Source: Eledone cirrhosa (lineage: Eukaryota). From it: a DNA stretch of 64,000 bases. The position numbers and the translations under genes were made by a program. Where the stretch lies: the NCBI GenBank assembly GCA_964016885.1, contig OZ024742.1:322710001-322774000 (forward strand). The letters are read 5' to 3'. A model generated the notes under the pieces. That model had not been told where the DNA came from and did no database searches. It was given only the letters and a program-made list of their open reading frames with translations. Shown one piece after another: positions 54,099 to 64,000 of this stretch (position 1 is the first letter of the stretch; every line of letters begins with the position of its first letter).

Positions 54099-54223
54099 GT
54101 TCCATTCCTACCTCAGCCACACATCATCTCCTTCAACACCCCACCCCAGCCCCTGCCACCTCAGCTCATAAATTTTGTGGTTCATCCCACAACATTCTAC
54201 CTTCTTGTTGTTCTGTCTTGTAG
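54099..54223 (+). CDS. Candidate alternative terminal exon (R)SIPTSATHHLLQHPTPAPATSAHKFCGSSHNILPSCCSVL*
   Basis: Long T-rich tract then aaatAG; phase 1 matches the 53107 donor; 40 open sense codons in GC-richer unique sequence; ends in CaaX. Confidence 0.55.
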
Positions 54224-55588
54224 ATTAGAGCCAAAAGACATTTCATTTTTGTTGTTGTTGTTGTTGTTGTTATAATGATAGTGATTATAGTTGTTGTTAT
54301 TGTAATACTAGTTGTTGTTGTAGTGATTATAGTCATTTCTGTGCAAAATATAAATTTTCCTTTATATTTTTCTTGCCTTGTTTTATATTATTATTATTAC
54401 TACTATTACTATTTCTTCTGCAGTGCCATGCAACCAAATATTTTTTCTCCCTCAAATCCCATACCTAGAGTATGTTACACACACTGTTTCACTTCCTTTG
54501 AAATTCTCTGAAACCATATCATTGTTAACATTTAACTTTTACTTATATAGCAAAATGGGAAATAGGTGTTAAAATATAAATTTAAATAAGACTTCTAGCA
54601 CAAGTGTTATTGATAAGGTCTCAGGTGGTTGCAAAATGACTTTGACAATTAATTAATTAGTTGATTTACCAACTGATTTGTAGATTAAACTAATGCTTAA
54701 CTCTTAATATCAACCCACCTGAGAATCTATGAATTGGCAGGTGTTAATTCCAGATTAAATACCTTACTGTATTTATTACAACTGTCTGTACTTGGAGTTG
54801 AAATTCCACTAATCTTAATTTTGCCTTAGATCTTTTTGAGGTCATATCATTGAGAATTGTTAGGGTATTGGATGAGGTACCTTATTATATTAGATCTAGA
54901 CTGTCTGTAGCTTACTTGGGTGGTAGATTTAATCTGTTGCCTGGAATAACACCACCATCACCTAACCCTAGGGTGCTTTTAGCAGCAACCACTTCATTGT
55001 TGCAAGCATCCAGGCAAGGTCTCCAGTTTGTGAATACCTACCTCCCTAAACAAGACTCAGACACATTGAAAATGAGTCATGGACATTGCCCTTCCCTTTC
55101 CTTGATTAAACTCTTTTTACTCTTTTACTGGTTTCAGTCATTGGACCACGATTATTCTGGGGTTAAAATGGCCTTGAAAAGTAACATAGGGTGGAGATGC
55201 CAATTATCAAACCTGGGGCCTTTCACATGCAAAGCAAAACTATAAAAACTAGATGAAGCTAAAACATCTCACATAATATATTTTGGTTGTTTGGTTCAAC
55301 TGTTTGAAGTGATGTTTTCTGATGATTCTATTCTGACTTTTCAATCAGTTAACACATAAACAGAGCTTTCATGTCAAATATTCTTTACTTATATATACTG
55401 AAAGTATGTTTGTTTCTTAAAGCTGCCACAATGTATGTTTACATAATTAACTATAAGATAGTTCATTCTTTCTGTCTATAGTGTTTTATAGCTAAATATG
55501 TATATATGTATTAAGGCAGCTTTCACAATCTAACATACTATCAAAATTTCAAATCTGCCTGGAGCTTCATAAAATGATGAATCATTTG

Positions 55589-55633
<45 letters not shown>

Positions 55634-55664
55634 TTTTATGTGCATATATGTGTATATATATGTA

Positions 55665-57970
55665 TGCCAATGGTCTGAAGCTACTTGAGCTCTGTTCAGA
55701 ACTCAACCTACTCATTTGGAATACATTCTTCTGCCAAAAAAAGAAGCATAAAGTTACCTGGATACCTGAAGATATTTAAAGTGCTAATAACATAACGGAT
55801 TCAAAACTGTTTTATAATCTTTTGCATGCAGTATATGGTTGGACAACGTAGTCTATTGTCCCCATAAGGTCCAAAGACGACACTGCCATCATCAAGGAAT
55901 TAGTGAAAATTCTTAAGTGTTGGCAAGAACATTTCACTGATTTATTTGATAATCCATCATCAGTTGATCATGATGTGTTAGATCGCATCCCCTAATATGT
56001 TGTAAATTTTAAAATGGATCAATTACCATATTATAATGAGGTTAAAATAGCCATCAATCAGTTAAACACAGATAAGGCACCTGGATCAGATGGACTTCCT
56101 ATAGAAGTGTTAAATGCTGGTAATAAGAACATAACACAAACAATACTCCATCTCAAAGTGCTGGGCTGGCACTCCTATACCACAAGATTGGATAGGTGGT
56201 ATCTTGGTAACCTTGTTTAAAGGTAAAGGGGATAAAGGAATTGTGATCACTACTGTGGCGTCACTCTGTTGGAATCTGTGGGCAAAGATCTTGCTAGATT
56301 ATTGTTGAACAGGTTGATGGAGTACTTTTGTCCTACAGTCATTCCTGAATCACAAAGTGGATTTAGATTCACCTGAGAAATGATTGATATGATCTTCTCT
56401 GCAAGGCAGATACAGGAGAAATGTATTGAGCAACAGGTTCCTCTGTGTCAGGTTTTTGTCTATCTGACAAAGGCCTTTGATACAGTGAACAGAGGTGCAC
56501 TGTAGAAAACACTAGGGAAAATAGGGTGCCCACCAAATGTTATTATGTTCATCTGCACAGAAATATGAAGGCTCAGGTTGTCTTCAATGGAGAATTGTCC
56601 AATGAAATCCCAGTTCATAATGGCGTGAAGCAGGGAGATATCTCAGCTCTCACACTGTTTTCAATATTTTTGGCTGTGGTGCTGACTCGTGCATTCAAGG
56701 ACTGTGCAAAGGGTGTTCAATTGCAAGTTAGAACTACAGAAAAAATCTTTGACCTCAGAAGGTTCAATTTCAAGTCCAAGGTGTTCCAAATACTAATTAG
56801 AGAACTCCTGTATGCAGATGATATTGAATTTCTGGCTCACTCTCAAGATGTCATGCAACATTTGGATTGTTTTGCAGCTTCTTGTAATGCCTTTGGTATG
56901 AAAATTAATCTGAAAAGACTAACGTAATGTTCACCCCCATGACTAGGGAAAGCATATATTGAGCCAAATATGGAACCAGGTTGGGTGAAGTTGACACTTT
57001 TGTTTACCTGCGCATTCAGAAGGCCTTTGTAACCTTTGAAAAACTTGAAAGGAGAGTGTGGGCGGATCATGGGCTCAATATCAAGACCAAGATTAGTGTA
57101 TACAAGGCCAGCATCCTTAGTTTTCTATTGTACTCTTCGGAAACCTAGACAGTACATCATAGACACCTTAATTTGCTTGAACACTTTAATCAAAAGTGTT
57201 TAAGACGAATCCTAAACATCAAATGACAGCAAAAAATACCTGCCACACAAATCCTCATAGATGCTGGTTGCATGAACATTGAATCTGCCATCATATTCTC
57301 TCAAATGCTTTGGGTAGGCCAAGTTGTGTGTATGATTGAGGAAAGACTCCCAAAACAACTATTTTACACTCAGCACAAACCAAGAAAAAAATAGAAAGAT
57401 TGGATAAAAAACAACCTTAAGGATCTACAGTTTGAAGTTCAGAGCTGGGAAGGGCTAGCTTTAAAGAGGGTTGAATGGAGAGGACATGTGAAGGAAGGCT
57501 GCAGAATGTTTGAAGAGAGGCATTTTGACCATGAAAACGTTGGCTTCTAAAAAACCAGTATGAACCTTAATAAGAACATAGGAAGCTGGAGTTGTGAAGT
57601 GTGTGGTCTTCAACTGCTCTCTAAATCTGGGTACATCACTCATTTAAAATGACATGAAAAGCCAACTGTATGTAGCACTTTCCCTCCAATACTAGGTGAG
57701 ACAAGAAGTGTGGTGTGCAAAAACATTGCAAATCGATTTCTGGTTTTAAAAGGCATATGAGGGTACATAAAGATGACATCCCACAAACTGACCCAATCAA
57801 CCCATTAGAGGGCACATCTTTTGTCTTTCACATTTGCTGCAGACCATGCAAATCTGCAACTGGGCTTAAAAGCCACCTAAGAAACCATGAACGGATGTTT
57901 GCAGTCGGTGACGATTGATGGGGGGTGCATAGGGAGACAATAATCATTTGCAAAGATGAAGCAATCACCA
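55665..57970 (+). mobile_element. Degenerate RTE-clade LINE: endonuclease remnant, internal deletion, RT domain, C-terminal C2H2 fingers
   Basis: NGLKLLELC..NTFF.QKKKHKVTW; KAPGSDGLP; QSGFR; KAFDTVNR; GVKQGD; ELLYADD; many stops and frameshifts. Confidence 0.9.
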
Positions 57971-57974
57971 TATA

Positions 57975-58012
<38 letters not shown>

Positions 58013-58289
58013 CAGGGTGTCATAAAAAATGTATACATACTTTGATTAGAATGCTGTTGGAGTGTGTATATATTTTGGGGGGGACACCCTGTGTGTATAT
58101 ATATATACATACATACAGGAGGGACACCCTTTTATATATATGTCCTTGTGTATATATGTGTATAAAAAAAAAAGTCATGCAAGTGTTGCTTTCCTAAGAT
58201 CAAAAAAGTAAAAAACACAAATTTGGTTTTATGCTGTCCCATTGGGAACTTTTGTCTTATATGGTGCTATTGCTATCATTGAGGAATGC

Positions 58290-58940
58290 TATGTTGCTAA
58301 TTTCACCATTACACTATCTCAACGAGGGCAGCTGTGTTGCTATTTCTATCTCAAGGAGGGCAGCTGTGTTGCTATTTCTATCATTACACTATCTCAAGGA
58401 GGGCAGCTGTGTTGCTACTTCTATCATTAACCTATCTCAATGAGGGTAGCTATGCTGCTATTTTTACCATTACACTATCTCAACGAGGGCAGCTGTTATG
58501 TTGCTATTTCTGTCATTACACAGTTTTATTATTAGTTATTCATTCTATCACTACATTATTGTTTCATTGAGTGTTTGGTTTGCTATTTCTATCATTAAAC
58601 TCTTATTTTTTCATTAAAAAGTTGCTGTGTTGCTATTTTTATCATCAAACTAATGTTTCATTAGGGTTCGGTCTGCTACATTGCTATTTCTATTTATATA
58701 CTATCTCATTGAAGTTTGCTACATTGCTATTTCAGGGTTTGGTTTGCTACATTGCTAATACTACCATTAAACTAATACTACCATTAAACTAATATTTAAC
58801 TGAGGGTTCACTATATTGCTATTTCTATTATTGTACTCATGAGGCTTTTGTTCGCTACAATGCTATTTCAATCATTACATTATTTCATAAGGGTTTAGTC
58901 CACTACAATGCTATTTCTATCACTACATTCGTGTTGCTAT
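58290..58940. repeat. ~41-bp minisatellite decaying 3'-ward
   Basis: cattacactatctcaaggagggcagctgtgttgctatttctat and degenerate derivatives. Confidence 0.75.
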
Positions 58941-60094
58941 TTCCATCATTTTCAGTGTTTCTTAGTTTCAATGAAGTACCAGTCTAAGATGGTAACTGTC
59001 GGAATCACCTAAGTTCTGGATAGGACAGCTTGCATTATTTGGCATTCTGAGGTCAAATTTGCATGTTATCCTTTCCGGGTTGATAAATGATGTACCAGTC
59101 TAGAGCAGTGGACCTGTGGAATCTCTCGAGTTCAACACCTGCCATGGCCTATCAATCATCATAGAATGATTTGAGCCCCACCATATATAAACCCTCAGTT
59201 AACAATAGATGATATGAGAGTAATCTATGGTACTGAACCTGTTCAAGGCAGAAAATACCATAGGATGTTCATCATCATGATTAGTTTTAAGGTGGTGAGG
59301 AGGACTCATTTAGATATACAACACTTTTAAGGCTATTTTCCCCTCTAAAGCAAGTGTTAGCCTCACAGGTTCTACAACAGGCTTCATACTCATTGTGGAG
59401 TTTTCCCCAAAGCAATGTTATGTGGCCAGAGATTATTTCTGTTGCTAATTTTTTTAGTCAACTCTTATGACATACAGCGACACAGTGTCTATTCTAAACT
59501 GATACACAAAGTATGATCAGACAAAATTTAGATTTATAGCAATTTCTTGTCAATCTCTATGGATTGTCTCCCTTTGAAACCAGGGTGCATGTGTGTATGT
59601 AGATAGATATATTTCATCATCTATATAAATGTATGTGTTGATGTGTGTGTATTGAGTTTTTCCATTTCAGTGTCTGAATGAAAGTGAGGAAAACAAGAAT
59701 TGGTTAGTTTAGAAATGCGAGTTCAATCCCTGAACCCAGTGATGTATTGTGTCCTTGAGCAAGACACCTTATTTCTTGTTGCTCAGTTTACTCACCTGTA
59801 GAAATGAGTTGTAACTTCATTGGTGCCAAGCTGTATCAGCCATTGCCTTTTCCTTGGAGAATATTGGTGGTGTGGAGAGTGGAGTCTGCTATGCATGGGC
59901 AACTGCTGGTCTTTCACAAACAACCTTGCCCATTCTTGTGCCACAGAGGGGAACTTTCTAGGTTCAAATTCCATGGTCATTCATGACCGAAGGGTGTCTT
60001 TATCTTTTATATATATTATCATCATTTTTAAGCTTGCTTTTCCATGCTTGCATAGGTTATATATGTATGTGTGTATATATGCATATATGTATGT

Positions 60095-60467
60095 ACATGG
60101 CTTAGAGGTTAGAGCATTGGGCTTGTCATCGAAAGGTTGTGAGTTCAATTCTCAGACCGGGTGATGTGTTGTTTCCTTGAGCAAGACACTTTATTTCACA
60201 TTGCTCCAGTTTACTCAGCTGTAGAAATGAGATGATAGGACTGGGGTCCCTATCATTCCACTGCAAAGTGGTCGTGGAGGTGCTACGGCAAAAAAGCGCC
60301 CAGCCCACACTGTAAAGTGGACGTGTAGGCACCACGGAAAGAAAGCTCCCAGCACTCACTGTAAATGAGGTTGGTGTTAGGAAGGGCATCCAGCTGTAGA
60401 AATCAAGCCAGAATCAGTTCCTGTCCCACCCTTGCAAGCAGGGAAAAGTGGACGTAAAATGATGATG
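60095..60467 (+). mobile_element. SINE family A
   Basis: Same structure as the 3834, 10977 and 19299 copies. Confidence 0.88.
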
Positions 60468-60476
60468 GTATATGTA

Positions 60477-60531
<55 letters not shown>

Positions 60532-60822
60532 GATATTAATAAATGGAAACTATATTTATAAAACCATATTTATTTCATTATACATATTTCAGGGATACCA
60601 AATTAAATTATGGTATGCCTTCATCAGACAAAATACAATATATAACAGTTTTACAAATAAGCTTTGACGTACCCTATTAAAATGCAACCATTGTTTTTGG
60701 AAGACATCCGGATAGTTTCCATTTATTAATATCGTATATCTACTCCAAATACTTGTCGAGTGCTTTATATCAGTTATAAAAATATTTACTTGTTGTATCC
60801 CAACAATTTTAAATAGAACTTT

Positions 60823-60874
<52 letters not shown>

Positions 60875-60956
60875 CTTGTATATGCATATATATATATATA
60901 TATATATATATGCTCGTGTGTGTGTGTGTATATACATATACCTTTTACATATATAT

Positions 60957-61230
60957 ATCATCATCATCAACGTTTAACGTCCGTGTTCCACGCTTGCATG
61001 GGTTTGGACGGGGGTAGTCCCACTTGAGGCAAGAGTGATTGTCTTGCTCGCATAGGACTGTCTGGCAGGTTTTCTACAGTTGGATGCCCTTCCTAACACC
61101 AACCACATTTACAGTGTGGGTCTGGGAGGTTTTTACCGTGTTGCCTACACGGCCACATTACAGCGTGGACTGTGTGTTTTTTTGTCGTGACACCTACACG
61201 ATCTCATTTGTTTCGGCCTGGATGGCGCGG
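60957..61230 (-). mobile_element. RTE-type 3' UTR/SINE tail, antisense
   Basis: (CAT)n then ggatgcccttcctaacaccaacc, the reverse complement of the family A tail. Confidence 0.75.
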
Positions 61231-62947
61231 ATATATATAAATATATAAATATATATATGAGGGGGGTGTATGTATATGAATGGTAGTTATCAGGATTGTT
61301 CAGCATGACACATGTGACAAGACTGGACCCTTGAACTACAGGTACAACACATTTTTGCCATTTGAATAGACTGAAGCAACATGAAATAAAATGTTTGTCT
61401 TAGAAATAATGTGCCTCTAAATTCTGGAAAATAGTATGTCCTGTAATGAAATAATGTTTCTTTCAACTATTTTATCTCTTTGATATATTGTATATATATA
61501 TGAGCAAGACAAGGTCAGCCGACCGGACACTGCCCACAACAGGACAACCCATCTATATATATATATAATCACTTTAATTTCTTAGTCTCTCCTTCACCCT
61601 ATTTCTCTCTGTGCCAATCTTCAAAACAGTTCCTATTATCATTATTAAGGAATATATCATGCTTAGGCTACATAAGCTACGATAAACTCTGTCTAAACTA
61701 TATATGAAACCACTACATTTTCACTGTTAATGCTTTGCTCTCCTTCACAGTTTCCTTATAAAGATGTTTTCAAGTATATATTTTTTACCATGTCCTATAA
61801 CATTTATGTTTTATTTTTTAACTGTTTAAACATTTTTACAGATAGAGACACATATACACGTGTATACGTGTATGTTTGCATGCATGTATCTGTGTGTGAC
61901 ATATATATGTATGCATATACTGAGTACCCACTCTCACATGCATCAACATCATGCCATTATATATATTTGTGTGTATGTATATATATATTAATTAATTATT
62001 AGCACTGCTTAAAGGTTTAAGCAAACAATTTCTGCTGTCACCCTTAAGCTGGATCTTCTGAAACTGAGAAATATCAATCTGTGGGTGCAGCTATAAATAT
62101 CTTTAAAAAATTACGACCAAATATTGCTTTTGAAAAATGAAGATGTTCTCTTAAGATATGGATGAGATGCATGCAAGGAGAATAAAATATCCAATTACGT
62201 CAGTTTCATAGTGTGTATATTTGTTTGTATAAACAATTTGACTTAGGATTGCATTACTTAAAGTTTCACATGAGTGTTTTCTCACTTTTGTGAGATACAT
62301 GTATGTGGGCATATGCTCATATATATACACACACGCACACACATAAATATGTATAGATGTGTTAGTGTGACTATTTTGTTTTTAACATTTAGCTTTTTAA
62401 TAAATTCAGGTAAGAAGATAAAAATATTCTACAAAGGTGAGATAACGATGTAAAAGAATGCCAATATATATAAATAATTACTTCACCCCTTTTGCTCTCT
62501 CGCCCCTACCTCTGTTTCACCCACATACTTACCTGCCTCACTTACTGACTTAACTTACCTGGTCTTTGATTGAATGAGAAAAAATATACTAATAACTTCT
62601 ACTAAATTTATTAAGGCACCAATTTAATTGGTAAATGTCACCTTGGGGATAAGATAAGGAGGACACTTAGATTACTAAATATTTGAGGAGACGCTGTGAC
62701 TCTAGGGATATGGGGATAGGTATTTAAGTAAACATTATCCAACCCATGCCAACATGAATGACTATGGCCCTAGAGATAAGGTAAGAGTGTATTTAAGTTA
62801 ATGAGACAGATACTTTATTTAATATTAGGGAAGTAGATGTGACCCCCATGGATAAGGAAGGATATTTGAGTTAGTGAATATTAGAGGAGAAGCCCTATTT
62901 CTGAAGATAAGGGGACTGATATGCACACACTTACACACATTTTTTTT

Positions 62948-63345
62948 CTAAGGCAGGTAAAATTCCCGAGATCCATGGACGAGTTCTCTCCAGCGGTCTC
63001 TGTCCCTCATTATCGCTGCCATGTCCTGCGTCTCCAACAGACCAGTGTCTGTCCTTAGGGCATCAACATATGTTAACCCTGATCTTCCTCTTCTAGTGTG
63101 TCCATGTAGGGGCTCCAAAGGGAGCACTGAGTGCAATGTCAACTCTGGATGTCGGTGAGCATGTCCAGCTAACTTCAGTCTCCTCTGTGTCACTTTTGAG
63201 CTGACTTTTGGGATGCTCCCATACAGCTCTGAGTTTTTCATCCTCGGTGTATACTGATTAATGTTCAGAGCCATCCTCAGCATTCTCGTGTAGCACCCAT
63301 CCACCATCTGAGTGAGTTTCTTGGTCAGTGTCCAAGTCTCAGACC
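62948..63345 (-). mobile_element. RTE-like LINE ORF2 C-terminal fragment
   Basis: Open frame SETWTLTKKLTQMVDGCYTRMLRMALNI...RRLKLAGHAHRH...RRGR...DRDRWR. Confidence 0.82.
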
Positions 63346-63749
63346 CATTTACACATACTCAACTTTGTCTTTTGTCCATCTGGGGTCCATAAAATAATTT
63401 TTAGGGGGAAGGAAAAATTGATTACATCGACCCTGATACTTGACTAGTACTTTATTTTATGTACCCCAGATGGATGAAAGGCAAAGATGAGTAAGTGTGT
63501 GTGTGTGTATATATATATAGAGAGAGAAAGAGAATAAGGAAAATGCAAAGTTTGTTGTAGATGTTAAAGAGTCCTTTATTGATAAGGCTGTGATGCATAT
63601 TCCAATGACGATAGTAGCCACTTATTTTCACCAGTGCCATGATCTTGTCAGACAGCATTATGTAGTAAATCTACATTCCCGAGGCAATCCAAAATAAAGC
63701 GGCAAGCCAACAGATAAAAATAATGTTTTTGAGGCATTTATTTGTTCCC

Positions 63750-63780
<31 letters not shown>

Positions 63781-64000
63781 TTAATACAATAACAGAGAAA
63801 GCTTTAAGCTAAACTCCGACTGGTAACCATCTCACTCAACAAACATTAGGTTATACGTAGTATAAACCCAATTTAGTGTCCGGGGTGCTAACTATATGTA
63901 TTTTGTGGAAAGCTAGTTGTATTATTTTATATGAGATATAATTAAAGTTAAAATATATCTCTCTTTCCAAACAATTGTTTCATTATAAGTTTTCTACAAG

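Noticed and set aside
54424-54572. Second phase-1 open frame after ttctgcAG
   Set aside because: No motif or homology; AT-rich composition consistent with chance
56014-56927. Host gene or active reverse transcriptase
   Set aside because: Fragments of one LINE with multiple stops and frameshifts
60593-60667. GYQIKLWYAF as the missing GYAFS exon
   Set aside because: Wrong phase (phase 1 gives RIPN*) and no GYAFSQ/GFAFSQ match; the real last exon probably lies beyond the window

Overview
AT-rich, repeat-dense animal genomic DNA. It is most likely an octopus/cephalopod, inferred from SINE types and microsatellite load. The window holds the 3' part of one + strand gene, a P4-ATPase phospholipid flippase of the ATP8A1/ATP8A2 (Drs2/TAT-1) class, traced exon by exon from the end of the P-domain through TM5-TM10 into the cytosolic tail. 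The expected last exon with the GYAFS/GFAFS autoinhibitory motif was not found in the window. Main observations: (1) a duplicated pair of 75-nt exons, apparently mutually exclusive, encoding two versions of the TM5-loop-TM6 segment; (2) several phase-compatible candidate alternative terminal exons around the C-tail, two ending in CaaX-type motifs (CCSVL*, CIWT*), suggesting switchable and possibly prenylated tails; (3) a 73-bp triplication that copies a splice donor; (4) a ~5-kb minisatellite built from a SINE 5' head and interrupted by an RTE LINE whose 3' UTR matches the local SINE tails. The rest is SINEs, MITEs, LINE and mariner remnants, and micro/minisatellites. Nearly all ORFs in the supplied track are spurious.
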